Shown piece after piece: positions 40,701 to 57,588 of a stretch of DNA of 64,000 nt. The position numbers and the translations under genes are program-made. Under the pieces are notes generated by a model. The model made no database searches. It worked only from the letters and a program-made list of their open reading frames with translations, and was not told the DNA's origin. This DNA is from Octopus sinensis (Eukaryota): contig NC_042997.1 of the NCBI RefSeq assembly GCF_006345805.1, positions 179,552,001 to 179,616,000 on the forward strand, read 5' to 3'. Every line of letters starts with the position of its first letter. Positions within the stretch are counted from its first letter, which is position 1.

Positions 40701-42507
40701 TGTTATGATGAGAGTAATCATGATGACGGCTACGGCGTGGATGCTAACACTCGATGCGATGGCCTGTTGTGTCGGCGACGGTGATAATAATAATAATGAT
40801 AATATGGGGAAGACGAAAAGACGAGGAGTTGGAGAAGAAGGGAGAGGGGAAGGCAGCTGGTGGCCATGGTGCAAGAAGTGGTATCTTTCACAGACACACA
40901 CGCACGGAAACACACTTATACGCAAACACTAGTACACACGCACATAGGTACCAATTTGTGTGTGTGTGTGCGTATCTGTGTGTGTGTGTAGATATATGTA
41001 TATGACTGTAATATTTTATAGTCACATATATGTATAGGCGGGCATACACACACACACATATACGCATCTCCATATGTAAGGGAATGTAATACATATGTAC
41101 ATGCGTATGTATATATATATATGTATATATGTGTGTGTGCGTGTGTGTGTGTGTGTATATTTGTGTATCTATACGTGTGATATATTGAATATATATATAT
41201 ATATGTATATATATATATGACGTACGTTCGGAGATTTATTAATGCTTCACATATATATGTATATATATAGATATATATATATACATATATATATATGTAT
41301 GTATATATATATGTATATATATATATATATATGCACATATATAATATAATACAGTATATATATATATATACTATATGGACATGACTGTGTACATACGTAA
41401 TTACATATTATATACATATATACATACATGCATACATACATATTCATATGTGTATGTAGGTATATGTATATATTACTTTATTCCCGTATACAGTCACAAA
41501 TTTAAAACACACATAGACATACTGAAAAATTAAAAGCATGGCAAGAGCTTATACGAATTAATAAAATAGAGTAATAAAGGAGAAAATAAAATTGACCTTC
41601 TGTTTGTTAGTTTGCAGTGTATGGTCTCTCAAGTAATACATATTTTAAGAAGTTGTATTCAATAAGGTTCTGCAACAGTTCTTTTCCGTTTGGCGTAGTA
41701 ATTGTTGCTGTTGTTGTTGTTGTCATTTCGTTTTTTTCTTTGGTTTTTTTTTTTCCTTTCTTTTTTTTCTCACTTTAGATGCTTATATATTCTCTCTCTC
41801 GGTACATATTCTCTTTGTAGTTTTCCTTTCCTTTATTCCTCCTGCTTGCTTTCTTTTCACTTCCTACTCTTGTTTGTTTGGAAATGAATATATTTTTTTT
41901 TTCCTGATGTTTTCCGATGTAAAAAAAATCTTTGTTAAAAATAATATAATAATAATAATAAATAATAATAATAAATAATAATAATAATAATAATAATAAT
42001 AGTATTAAATAATATTTATTATTATTATTATTATGTTATTTCTTTTGAAATTTTATTATACATTTTCCAATTTTAGATAGACATTCTTAAAAAATTTTTA
42101 AATTTCTATGCTTAAAATTTTGTACATTTAACATACTGTTTTTTTCTTTTCATTTCTATTTTTTTAAATATTTTAAACATTTTCTTTTTTTGCTTACATT
42201 TTTTTCTTTGTTGTTAAATACTTCCTACATTTTTCCCACAATTAAAAAAAAAATCTCTACACATCATTTTCTTTCCGATTATTAGATTCCATGTTGTGGT
42301 TGTTGTTGTTGTTGGTGGTGGTGGTGGTGCAGTTGTTGTTGTTGTTTTTGTTTATTATGTGGATGATACATAATACCACTCATGATGGTAATAATGACGA
42401 TCACATTTGGAATTTGTTAAAAAAAAAATTTCCGCTCATACACGCACACGCGCGCGTAAAATACTTTTAAAATATCATAACATACTAAAAATGGCAACGG
42501 AAATATC

Positions 42508-42563
<56 letters not shown>

Positions 42564-42944
42564 TAACGTAATCCTTCCACTTCACGTAAAAAAAAAGACA
42601 ACTGTTGAGGTTATGTGGTTGTGGTAGATCAATGATATTTCTTATTTATTTAATTAATTTTTTAAAACATTGATGTGTTGGGTGTGGTTTTGATTGATAT
42701 GATGAAACGATGTGAGTATGGTTATGTATATGGATGCGGAATGGGTATGGTTATGGCACGGTATATATGTATATATATATCACTCTCTTTCTCACTTTCA
42801 TCGCACGCTTCCTGCTTTCGCTCTCCCCACCTGTTTTTGTTTTTCTATATTATTTGCTATTATGTATGCGTTCTCACTCACTTGTCTGTGTTATTTGTTA
42901 TGTTCTTTTCTTTTGTTTTTGATCTTTTTCCTGGTGAAACACAG

Positions 42945-43269
42945 CTGTAAATAAGTGAGGGGTCGTGAGCGTGGCGCGAGAATTCAGACCAATATTTGTA
43001 TCATCCATTGTTGTTTGTATACTTACAGCGTGAGCTGGCTGGTTGGCCGGCTTACTGGCTGGTTGGTTGGTTGGCTGATATAGTAGATATAGTACTGCTG
43101 TTGTTCGGCAAGGCGGTGTGTATGAGTAGGAGGGTAGTTTTGAGTGGAAAACTTCGTAGTAAAACCTTTTGCTAGTTACTGCACTACTACTACTGCAAGC
43201 TAGCTGCTTGCTACCTTGCAGTAGAAGTATGAACAGCGGCAGTAGTTATTCCAACTTGAATGGAACTGT

Positions 43270-43270
<1 letters not shown>
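42945..43270 (-). other. Candidate non-coding (5' UTR) exon and 82-nt intron of an unidentified minus-strand transcript
   Basis: Donor CT|GTAAGTAT at 43026. Acceptor ctcacttatttacAG| at 42945. CpG-containing unique sequence with no TE nearby. Motifs only, no transcript evidence. Confidence 0.2.
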
Positions 43271-44800
<1,530 letters not shown>

Positions 44801-46245
44801 GAAGCAGATGATAAGTGGTTTGGTTCGGAAAGAAATATCCAAAAAGATTATAAAAAAACATCAATAACATCTTTTTCATTCTTTGTATTACTTACAGCAT
44901 TTTATAGTATTATTAACTACAATATTATCAATGTTTAGCCCAAGATCAAAAATGATCCAAATGTGATTATCATGTTCTTGCCTTTATTTCAGTCACACTG
45001 TATTTATCTATCCATTATATAATCCAATGTATCGTTCCGAATGTGTGATCTGAAGGTTATTTGGGTGTCTATCTCTTGCAGACTTGCAAAGGGCTCCTCG
45101 TTGATTACTATAGCTGATAATTGTAGCCAAGTAGCAAATAGGCAGAGTTATTTGTCGGGTTCGGTATCGTATTGGAATAAATACCTTGAGACATTTTTCC
45201 GAATTAGTTCGACTCGAGTTGAAATTGAGCAGAGATTACCTTCTTTTTATATCCTTTTCGGTATATATATATAAATATATATAAAACCATCTTTTTATAT
45301 CCTTTTGTATCAAGCATAGCATAACATCGGTGATGTGGAGAGCGGAGATTTTTTTACATGGGCAAGTGTTGATCTATGAACTAACTTGCAAAATTCAACC
45401 CAAACAATATCTATTTGGAATGCCAAATAGATAGCTCTGCGGCAATCGTTCCTCCTTACTACGTTAAAAACTGTCCGAAGTTAACTTTGAATTTCGTCCT
45501 TTCGGGGTTAACAAAAAAGAACTGACTCCGATCCTGTAAAAGGGCTAATTCTTCTCTGTCTCTCACTCTTTCTTCTGTCGCTTTGATTTTCTCTTTCCTG
45601 AATATAATTGGTTGTGTCTAAAGATGCCCAAAACATGCTATTGCTATATACTTTGACAGCGCCCCTAAGACCCCTTTATTGAATTGACGATCCGAATCAA
45701 GATGGTAACTCTTACCCTCACATATACCATATACAGGAGTCTTTCTGTTGCATAAGGGTCATCCGTGATAGGGAGAATCTGAGAATGACCATCTGCATTA
45801 ACGGAGGAAGCAGTATAAGTTCGCACAATCTGCTGGATGTAGCAGCTAAATCTCCCTGAAGTCTCACAATGAACATTTTGAAGAAAAGAAAATATCGACT
45901 AACAGAATACCAATTCTACAAAAATAGGAAATAGTGCCTTTTATCATAGCGCTGAGGGATCATAACACCTTCGGTGGTGGTGGTGGGGGGCGATAACCAA
46001 CAGCAAATACAAAACCCTGCATTAAAGAAATCGTGGTAAGCAGTTAGATCATTATAGACAGATTTTAATAACTATGTTAGAATTACTGTAGATTGACAGG
46101 ACATGCCTATGATTAAAATGTGTACCAACACCATAATTATAATTCCTGCGCCTTTTCAAATGCTCCGAATATAATTTTCATTGGATTTTTTTAGCATAAC
46201 CGCATTCAGACTGCCATATTTTCATTCGGATCTTTGATGTGACTA

Positions 46246-47733
46246 CTGGGCTATCCCATAAATAATGCGGATTCTCAATTGCATGAACTAAAAGTCAGAG
46301 GGGTTCGGGATAAACTAATTGCATCAACTTGCTATAAAAGTAGGCAGTAATTTTACCTTGTACTATTTTTAATACAAGTTTTGAAGAGTGCAGTTCGATC
46401 TTAACAGTTATTCTTTTCAAAGCAATAATGGAAGTGACAAAGGAGCATATTCGGTATATTTCGCGTTATGAGTTCAATAAAGGCAACAACGGAACGAAAA
46501 GTGCGAGGAATATTAATTAATGCAGTATAAGGGGATCTGACAATAAACGCAAATCAGTGTCAACGGTGATTCCAGAAATTCCGAACCGGAAACTGCAGAC
46601 TAGAAGATAGTCCTCTTTGTGAAAGATCTGTAGAGCTCGACGTTGACGCGCTGCAAACCCTGGTGGAACAAAATCCCAACGTAACTGTTGAGAAACTAGG
46701 TAAGATTCTTGGATTTGGTCGTTCAACTATTCATCGACACTTGCGTGCCTTCGGAAAAGGCAACAAATTGGTTCAATGGGTTTCTTACACACTTTCCGTG
46801 TCTAATCGCGCTCAGAGAGTGAATGTGTGCTCTTCTTTGCTATTACGTCTTACGAATGAAATTTGTTTTGGCCCAATAGTGACTGTTAATGAGAAATGGG
46901 TTCTTTATAAAATGTCAAGCGCCGAAGACAGTGGTTAGGGAAAGGAGAAACGCCATGTGTTGTTATCTGTTTGGTGGGATATGAAAGGTTTAGTCCACTT
47001 TGAACTTTTAAACTCAAATTAAACGGTAACAAAGGATAGGGACTGCGACCAGCTTCACCGGCTCAAGTTAGCGCAAGAAGAAAAACAACTATCTTTGGTT
47101 TCAAGACAAAACGTGTTCTTCCGTCAGGATAATCTTTTCTACTCTAGGCACAAGGCCTAAAATTTTGAGGGAAGGCGCCATTCGTTTAGATCGACTCCAG
47201 TGCGCAACTGGTACTTAAATTATTGATCCCGAAAGGATGAAAGGCAAAGTCGAGCTCGGCGGAATATGAACTCAGAAAGTAAAGACAGACGAAATACTGC
47301 TAAGCATTTCGCCCGGCGTGCTAACGTTTCTGCCAGCTCGCCGCCTTGTTCTTCCATCAGAATAATGCTCGGCCACATACAGCGAGGATTACATTCGAAA
47401 GGCCGGAGAAGTTTGAATGAGGAACGATATCTCATCTACCATATTTGCCGGACATCGCGCTATCTGATTATTATTTATCCTGCAGTCTTCAAAATCATTT
47501 TGACGGAAAAGATATAAATTCTGTAGACGAGGTCAGAACGGTAATGGAGGAGTATTTTTCGCCTCGGGCAAGGGAATTTTGGAAGAGGGGCTTTGCAATT
47601 CTACCAGATAGATAGAAGAGCATTTAAGAAAATAAAGTAAAATATGTTTAAGATTAAAAAAGAACTTCGTTTATCTTAATGTTAAAAACTAAACAAAGTA
47701 TTAAAAAACTGCATAATTTATGGGATGACCCAA
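46246..47733 (+). mobile_element. Full-length decayed mariner (DD34D) transposon with TA flanks, interrupted by a SINE
   Basis: TIRs ctgggctatcccataaataatgcgg (46246) and reverse complement ttgggtcatcccataaattatgcag (47733), TA on both sides. MEVTKEHIRY start, WVSYTL, IVTVNEKWVLY, SVWWDMKG, HQNNARPHTA, LPYLPDIALSDYYL. Confidence 0.92.
47134..47346 (-). mobile_element. SINE family D (alternative tail) inserted in the mariner ORF, 20-bp TSD
   Basis: TSD tgttcttcc(g/a)tcag(g/a)ataat at 47114-47133 and 47347-47366. Confidence 0.88.
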
Positions 47734-48437
47734 TAAATACAAACAATGCATTTAAATATAAAGTTAATAATGATATATTTTCCACCTTTGGACCAAAAAA
47801 AATTCAAAATAACAATCGGCATTTCTTACAAGCATTTCATTTTTTAACTTTTTTTTAGAGTATTCCAACATGATAATCACATAATATATACTTCCCAATC
47901 ACTTTTTTTTCAAGGACGTATTGACTAATATAGTACGGGTTATTTATGCCTGAAAAATATAAGGTAGCCTTGAATGTAGTATCGTAGATAATTTGAACAG
48001 ATTTGGGGCTGCTCTACAACAATTAGTGACAGGCATGTATACGCTGAATACGTACTTAAGTATGTGTATATGTTTGCATATACATACATATAGAAACACA
48101 CGCACATATATGTACATATAAATATACATATACGTGTGTGTGTATGTGTATGTGTGTATGCGTATGTGTGTGTGAGTTTGTATGTATATGTATGTATATG
48201 CTACCGTCTACAATACAGAATCAGATTGGTATTAAATAATATTTGAAGTAGCGTTAACGTATCCAGTAAAATGCTATAACTTACACACACACACACACAC
48301 GTGTATATATATATATATACACATATATATACATGTGTGTGTGTGAATGTATGTATAGATAGATACATATGCATATATATCTTTCTATACATACATATAT
48401 ACACATATGTACATATGCCTATATATGTATATGTATG

Positions 48438-48474
<37 letters not shown>

Positions 48475-49096
48475 CTCTCTATATATATATATACACACAC
48501 ATATATATAATCTTACACACACACATACATACATACATTCATGTATATAAATATTATTGAGATACACAAGTATACAGATATGAACACACACGTGAATACA
48601 CACACAATCCCCACGCATTTCATTCATGCGGATGGTTATCTTTGAAATCAGATGTGGTGCTTATCCGAGCGAATGTTAAATTGGTTGGTTGGTTGGTTGA
48701 TTTACATATACAAGCTGTGCTTAGCATATGACACAACATGTTATATTTTATATATATATATTGTGGGAATATTTGTTGTTTTACTTGTTGTTATTTATGA
48801 TGTTGTTGAAAGTTTATGATGTTCTAATTTTTGATATTGTTTTTGATATAGTTTCTCTGTTGCAGATTTGAGAATTAACAAAAACAGAAAAGAGAAAAAA
48901 AAATGGTGAATGAAGGAAAACAGGAAATAATTCAAGGTTGGCACAAACGAATTGCCGAAACTAAACAGTAGAAATGGAATTCATTCAATTCATCCATACC
49001 ACACTCACATACATCCATACATTAGCGCACAAACACGCAAATCCATGCACAAAAATATGTAATTCATAGGTGTGTGTCTATATATATATATATTTA

Positions 49097-49280
49097 GTTA
49101 ATACAAACATGAAAACACAACACCGCGAGGACGTGGAACAAGTATAGTGTTATTGGACGCTCAGGAAAGGAAAGAAAGAAGGAGGATTTAACTTTTCGAG
49201 CGGAGCGCTTCGTCAGAAACATAGAAAAAGGAAAGGTCCAAGGAAGGGAAGACGGAGAAAGAGAATCGCCAACGATACAG
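49097..49280 (-). mobile_element. PLE pseudo-LTR-like module beside (TA)n (family of 19402-19615)
   Basis: Shared blocks with the 19.4 kb copy. Contains the hammerhead at 49186-49220. Confidence 0.7.
49186..49220 (-). ncRNA. Decayed minimal type I hammerhead motif
   Basis: GUUU-CUGACGA-A-GCGC-UCC-GCUC-GAAA-AGU-U-AAAU. Canonical core, with one mismatch in stem II and one in stem III. Confidence 0.6.
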
Positions 49281-49323
49281 ACACATGTACACACACACAC
49301 AGACATATAGATATATAGATAAA

Positions 49324-49678
<355 letters not shown>

Positions 49679-49690
49679 TATGCATACATA

Positions 49691-49818
49691 CACTCACAAG
49701 GCTTTGGTGGTTCCGAGGCTATAGTAGAAGACATTTATCCAAGGTGCCACGCAGTGGGATGACCCCAGAACTATGTGGTTGGTAAGCAAGCTACTTACGA
49801 CACAGCCACTTCTGCGCC
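49691..49818 (-). mobile_element. SINE family A, 5' part
   Basis: Reverse complement matches the family A head through gccttgtgagtg. Confidence 0.8.
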
Positions 49819-50854
49819 TATAATATATATATATACACACATACACACACACACACGCAACATATTAAACGCGCAAACGCATACACACACACACAGACAC
49901 ACGCACACACATACATACGCAGGTGTATCAACGTGGGGCAACAAGCACAAGTACTTAATATATTTATTTGGAACTGTAAGCATATAATATCGGATAAATT
50001 CAGTTGCATATCAACGTTTTGTGACCGTGGAATGTGTCATCTTAAGATATGCTGAGATAAGTGAAGAGAATTCCTGAAATCTTTTTAATATAGCTTCTTT
50101 TTGCATATTTATTTGTATCTCAGTTCATCATGTCCGATTAGGTGATTATTTTGACTAGGGAGTATCTGCGATTATTTTATAATCTCTGCGTGATAGTGCA
50201 AGCAGGTTGTTGGCGTCAAATAGTCGGTGTTATGAATGGCTTTATATTTCAGCAACAAAATTTGCCAAACGGAGATATAGCAGGCTTCCTGGTGTCAGGT
50301 TATATCTCAATGCGAATATCAAATATGACTGAGTAATATAAATATAACCGACTTATGGGAGGCTACAGTGATTTTACTCTGATTGGAAAATAATCACACA
50401 ACTGGCTAAAATATATTGTATACCCAGAAATTTCACGATAGGCTGGTGTTTAAGGGTTACGAGCTCCAATAATATGAATTTCTTTCACAGAGTTTATGTT
50501 TCAAAGTAAAATGTAAGAGAGATCGAGTTTTCTGTCGATAGGTAATACAGGATGTGGCAGTATATGTTGTTTCTCATGAAGGCAACCTGTTATTAGTTAC
50601 TTACAATTTTAAGTGTGTTGACTGCTGCTTTTATTTGTTTCCCATTCTTATAACTACTCCAGTGTCTGTAGAGTGCAAAGCAGTATGATGAACGGTTACA
50701 GACAAATACTTGGCTGTATGATTGAAAACAAAATAAACTCAACTAAAAGTATCCAAAATGATAGATGATGGTATCAAACCCGGTAACAAATTGAATACCT
50801 GTGTCTGGAATTATGATAAATCGATGAGTCTGTGAAAATTAGTTTGAAAGTTGA

Positions 50855-51053
50855 TACTAGGCCAGAAATTTTGGGTCAGTGGGGAAAGTCAATTGCATCA
50901 CCACCAGAGCTCAAATGGTATTTATTTTATAGAATCCAAAGTAATGAAAAGCAAAGTCGACTACCGCGGAATTTGAACTCAGGACGTAAAAGACGGACGA
51001 AATGCCGCTAAGCATTTGTCCGGCGTGCTAACCTTTATAGGAGCTTGTCGCTT
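50855..51053 (-). mobile_element. Degraded SINE family D
   Basis: aaagtcgact.ccgcggaatttgaactcag.acgtaa...ctaagcattt.tccggcgtgctaac. Confidence 0.7.
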
Positions 51054-52626
51054 TATGAATCTACCAAAATTACTCTTGTAATATTTATCCCACCTCAGTA
51101 ACAACACTTTGCACAAACGTTGAATTAACAATTCAATAATATGATATCGATAAAATAAGCACTAGGTTAATTACTGAGAATTACATAACTCACAAAAATT
51201 ATCTGAGGTTTCGACTTTATAGAAACAGCAACGAAATATCCTTTATATCACACCCTAGTTTAAAAGCAAATGGACAAACTACATATACCACAAAGTAGTC
51301 TAAGATACGCAAACTAACAAAAGCAAACTAGAACTTTCATGGAAGAAATGCTTTGATAGTTTGATGACTGACTCTAGACATCCATCTACACCACTTCTTT
51401 ATAAACCGTTTTAATGCTTTAATTATCGCTACTTTCTTAATGCTATCACACTTTAAAGTCCCCTTCTTCTGATTTAGTGCCCTCTCTTCATCGTTTTTAA
51501 TGTTTATATTCTTATAGGTCAGATTAATTTAATTTTAGTTACTTGTTCGACTTATGAGATAATTTGTCCCGAAATTAAATATGTTGTCTCCATTAAAATC
51601 AAGTGTTTATTCTTTGTGATTTACATAAGCACCCTGCACCGACCAGCTGGAATATGTTTTATATTTCCATTTCTACTATATTTTCTACATGTTCAAACAT
51701 ATTTTTCTACCTGGTGAGTATGTATGAATGTATGTATGTATGTATTTATTTATGTTATGTATGTATGTGCATACGTATATATGTATGTGTATGAGTGTGT
51801 ATATATATATATATATATATATTTATTTATTTATTTATTATTTTATTTATTTATCTACTTTCAGCTCACAAGCTGTGGCCATGCTGGGGCACCGCCATAT
51901 ATGCATATACATATAAATTTTTAATAATATATTATTATTAATATTAGGAAATCAATATCAAAACTCCTCAGAAAGACATACGCGTGTGAAAATAGTTGAT
52001 GTATTAAAAATATATAAATAAATATAAATATGTATAAAAATATATGTAAATATATGTATATATGTAGTCACTACACAAACATACACATACATAGAAACAC
52101 ATGGGTACATATTTGTGAATATATTTGCAAACGCGTATCACAATGCCCAATCTTACAGTATAAGTGGCTGTTTTCCTTACGTGTATAGAAACGTCCTCAA
52201 ATTTTGATATTATTTTATTATATTTAGATTTAGTCTTTTTTATAAGTTATATGCTTCGGTGGTATTTATCCTGTTTTGTATACCGTCTGCATTTGAAAGT
52301 CTTTATTACTATTGACGTGGTTCTTGTTATTGCCGTTTCATTGTTTGTGGTTAACAAGCAAATTATCACAAAATTACATCATTTTCTTTTGAATTACTAT
52401 TTAAATAGATAATGATTAAAGAATCGGTAAAAATACATAATAAATCCAACTTTCTATATCTTCTCCTTAGGCCCGAACCCAATTCATTCCATTCGAAATA
52501 TCCTAGTCTGCACCAAGTTAGGTAATTAATATAAGGAGAGAGTAAGATACATGCCTCAGGTGGGAGAATCAAGCAAGGACTTATTTATACGAGAACGTGT
52601 AAAATATTTGTGTTAAGACTTTGTAT

Positions 52627-52672
<46 letters not shown>

Positions 52673-53094
52673 GCTTATGTATTTATTTATCTTAAATGGC
52701 TTTCAGATTCTTATGCTTAGTAAATCAGAGAATCAGAATCTAACAATGTAAGAAGAAAAAAAGAAAAGAAGAAACAATTCAGTAAAAATCATTTTTTAAA
52801 ACCAATTTCCATTTAAATCAGAAATTTAAGAGGGCCTAGGTTCTTGAAGATGCAGAAATTTACTTTTTGTGTATGGAAATATATTTCGTTTGCATTTGAA
52901 ATATATAAATATAATTTGTTTGCATTTCTAATTACATTTTCATTCTTAATAAATCGATAGTAGAGCAACAACATTTGAAATTTTCAGAAAGTGAAGCAAT
53001 TAAAGCAATCAAATACAAACAAAATATATTTATGCAATTCTAATGCAAACGAATATATTTTTTATAATGAATATATGCATATATACATATGTAA

Positions 53095-53133
<39 letters not shown>

Positions 53134-53574
53134 TGTATGTACGTATGTATGTATACATAGTATATATAAAATGAATATATAGATATATAAATATGTATAT
53201 ATATAATATTATATAATAATATAATATAAGTGATATATATATATAATATATAAAATAAAATAATATATCTGTTATAAAGTTTTATATATATATATAATGT
53301 ATTTGTATGTGTATGTCTATGCATATAAATAGAAATACACATAAATGTATATATATATATATATATATATATATGAATTGTAGTTTTAGATATAAAAAAT
53401 AACACTATTTAAAAGAATATAAAGATTTTATACATGAGACATTCATGTTCGAGAAATCGCACATTAAGAAATCGGAAAATCACCATGGTTTTCTACAATG
53501 GTATGTATATTTGAATTTCAACTTCTGAAGGAGACACCCATGAAATAGAGAGAAACGACGAGGAATCAACGCTA

Positions 53575-53619
<45 letters not shown>

Positions 53620-54376
53620 ATATATAATATATATATATATACATATGCACACATATATTTTTCAGGACGTTAAACGTTGTGGCTGGTCATGGTGTGATCA
53701 TTAAATTCGCACCTATAAAGCGTTTAGCAGTATAGGCGACTTTTAAGACTGAAATGTCCGAAGGTGTATAACCTCTCTACAAGTGGAGGAAGGAATGCGC
53801 CACGGGGAGTTAGTTTTGTAAGCAAAAAATATTTTTCCATGCTGCAGACGGTAGAGGCGCGTATATCCTTTACATCCGACTGAGCCGTGGTGATATGCGA
53901 AGGGGTTGTAGCGAGCCTATTCAACGAATTAAATGAAAATTCAATGAACATCTAGGAACTTACATAAACGGAAGCAAATGATGTAAGCTTTTCTTGGGAG
54001 AAAGGGCAAGAATCTTAAAAAATTCACACGGCTCGGGCATGTTTTCAACCTCCTGGAAAGTAGCAGTTAGCCAATGTCGACATCTGAAATGTTTCCTACA
54101 ACAAATTTGGAATTCCCCATTTGTTAAATAAGCTCGCCGCAGACCATAAACGTGTCACCACCTCCGGAGCCGATGTATGGGTGATAATTCCCTCCCGCCT
54201 GCAGCAAGGTCAGATATTTTCACTCTATGATCGCCCACGACATTTAACTTTCTAAAAATATATATTACTGCTCTAATGTCTTAGAGTGTACTTCCTTTAT
54301 GGATATTTGATCTACTCACGATATGTACACACTCACATTTTATACATATATGTATATATATATGTGTGTATATATA

Positions 54377-54428
<52 letters not shown>

Positions 54429-56092
54429 TATATATATGTATATTTCATACATATACACTTATACATACACACACGTATATATGTATGTATAGATAGATAC
54501 ATATAGCTATATAGATATATATATATATACATATATGTATGCATACAAGCACATGTATATATATATACATGTGCTTTTATGCATACAACCATAATACAGC
54601 ATATATGTACATGTATATATATATGTGTTTGCGCGCGCGTATATGTGTGTGTATAATACGATAATCTGTAAATCTCTTAACCAAAATTAAATTTTGTTTA
54701 AACATAAAATGATTTAGTATAAAAAACTTTTGAAATTCAGAAAAAAAGTCCAGTCTCTGAATCCTTGATGTTCAAAATGATAATCTAAATCTTTGATATT
54801 TTTTTCTTATTAGAAATTTAATATATCTACATTTGATGTAATTACGTAAATGAAAGCAAGTTTAAAGAAAGAAAAGCTACACTGAATGGTTCCACAGTAT
54901 TAGGAAGTGAAAATATGGAGTAAGTTTTTATCACATCAAAAATATTTTGCTCTTTTTTATATGTTCCGTGTTATCCTATCTTCATCTTTCTTTCGTAATA
55001 CCCATCAACTCACAATACAAACGAACAAGTGAGTTGTTATGTACACGTTTGAAATAGCGAAGTGAAATCTCCCTTGTGAAACCCCCCTATCTTAGAAAGC
55101 ATGACATGCGTTAGAGAAGCCACACATACAAAATACTGGTAGAGTCACGGAAGAATATATGTGACCAGTGCAGACCAAAAACGATCGCAACTTATTTTGA
55201 TGAATTTCAGCCTCGTTTCCACGTATGTTTCTCTTGAATTTCCCACGCAAATAAAAAAGAGATCTGCTAATTATTTTACATAGATATTGCTTTGCGTGGT
55301 GCGTTAACAAACAGTCTGATTTAAAACTCATCCTTGTCCTTGGATGTGATGTAGCTGGATTCACTCTACCACACTAGTTTGGTCTAGACTACCATTCACC
55401 AGTCTAATTACTGAAGTCATTGACCGCTGTTCAAACTTAGTATCAACCACAACAGTCTGGGCGTGCCAACAAAGTTTATAAGCACTGATGCTAACCCTCT
55501 AAAAATACTTAGATCTTATACATACATACAAATATATAATCATACACACGCGCATACACACACACACTTATATATATACATGTATATATATAGTGTATTA
55601 TAATATACACACAGAGGCACACCCACACAAATATATATGTGTGTGTATGTGTGCATAAATAAATATATTATGAATGTATGTATTTCAGTGTGTATATATG
55701 TATGTAAGGATGTGTTGTACAGAAGAAAAAGAAATCGGATTGGTTGTAGCAACAGTTTATTTATCCAAAACGATCTCTTAAATACAACCGTTTGCATAGC
55801 AAGTCGTTGTTTCCTTGACAACGTTTCATGATTAGACGATGAGGAACAACAATGAATAGTCGGAACATTTTCTAAATGTTTGTGTTCGAGTGTGTATGCG
55901 AATGTGTGTGTGTGAGAGAGAGAGCATGTGTGTGTTTGTGTGTACGTGTGTGTGAGTGCGCAAGTTTGTGTGTGTATGCATACACATACATCTCTGTTTT
56001 TTTGCATGTGTTTTCATATAGAAAATATGGATAGGCAGACATACAGAGCATAACTTAGCTGTGATGGCTGAAATAAATAATTAAATATATAT

Positions 56093-57350
56093 ATAGTGTG
56101 AGTAAGATATTTGAGGACAGACTTATGTTTATAAAATAAAAACATATATAACAAAAGATAATATATTTATTTATGAAAAAATGCTAGGAGGATAGAAAAA
56201 TAAACCTTTTCTATAATGTTATTCAATAAAGCCACATTCAGCTTCAACAATTACTTCTATATGAGATCTAAATCATCTACCTACTCGAATCAAGTGGTCC
56301 TGATTTATTTTGGATATTACTATGATTTTGGTAGCTTTCAAAGAATCTTTGGTGTTATGGGCGTGTTCATTGACCTCTTTCTCTCAACAACACTCCGCAT
56401 GTAATAGTCCAATGGATTGAGATCTGGTAAATTAGGAGGCCAAATGCTAGGGGTTATGTCGTCATGAAAATTTTCAACCATCCATTTTTGTGTTACTAGA
56501 GCCATGTGTGATGGTGCAGTCTTACTGAAACACATATAGTCTTAAGTTGCATACACTGTCTATCTAGAGCTTAACAGTTATTTCCAGGGCCTCTATGTAC
56601 GCGTCAGAATTAACCCTAGGACCTTGTGGAAAGACGTAAGGAGGCATCACATGTCCTTCATTGCTGACAACCCCTAAAACCCTGACAGTTGCAGGCAATT
56701 GTGTATGCATAACACTTGGAACTTCAGAAGCTTCTGCACATAACCATCTGTCATTTCTTCGGTTAACTTTTTGATCTTGGTTTTTCTCGTTTGAGAAAAA
56801 CCAAACCAAATCAAATCTTCTGCTGAATTTTTCATTTTAAGAGACTTTTAGATCTGATGTAGTGATTTTCGTTGGGTTTTTCTGACAAAATGACCTTTCC
56901 TCATCAAGTAAGACTTATATCCGAAGTCTTCGTGGACAACATTTCTGACTGTTCCTTTTGACATATGGAGTTCTTTTGCAATTGACCTCATCGAATTTCT
57001 GGGATTGTAATCAATGGTGTGTTTAACATGCTGGATAAATTCAGATGTTCTGATGATTTCAGATCTTTTAGAATGCATTTTTTGCCTTGATACTGATGCT
57101 AGGTTTCCATCTTCAGTTTCTAGCTCTTTACAAACTTTGTAAATGAAAGATCTGGCTACTTTTAAAAATCGAGCTATTTCTAGATCTCTATGCTCAAACT
57201 TTATAGCAACAACAACAGTATGCCTCTTCATTTCTTGAGTAAGCTGAGGGTCTGCCATTATTATTTCCTGAAACAAAGATTATACAGAGTTAGTAAAAAT
57301 TGCAGCAGTGACCCAAAAATGTATGTCCTCAAATACCTTACACACCTTGT
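56093..57350 (-). mobile_element. Full-length decayed Tc1/mariner transposon of the maT/DD37D (Bmmar1-like) type
   Basis: TIRs tagtgtgagtaagatatttgaggaca (about 56094) versus reverse complement caaggtgtgtaaggtatttgaggaca (about 57349). HTH in ORF 56848-57276; FFSNEKN.DQKVNRRNDRWL and VLGVVSNEGHVMPP (56564-56809); APSH...WPPNLPDLNPLDYY (56338-56535). Subfamily assigned from remembered motifs. Confidence 0.88.
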
Positions 57351-57391
57351 ATATACAAACAAAGACACATACGTATATACATGTATATATG

Positions 57392-57438
<47 letters not shown>

Positions 57439-57554
57439 TATATATATTTATATATCTATACACGCATATATACGAACGTGTATGTGTGTGTATGTTTGTA
57501 TGTATGTATGTATGCAAGTATGTATGTATGTATGTATGTATGTATGCATGTATG

Positions 57555-57588
<34 letters not shown>

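Noticed and set aside
53720-54260. Possible decayed LINE RT on the minus strand (YFPGG*KHA, LLTKL)
   Set aside because: Distances between motifs do not fit the RT consensus. Left unannotated pending an HMM search.
55090-55370. Possible decayed Tc1-like catalytic region (SLFYLRGK...EIHQ)
   Set aside because: No intact catalytic Asp motif or TIRs found.
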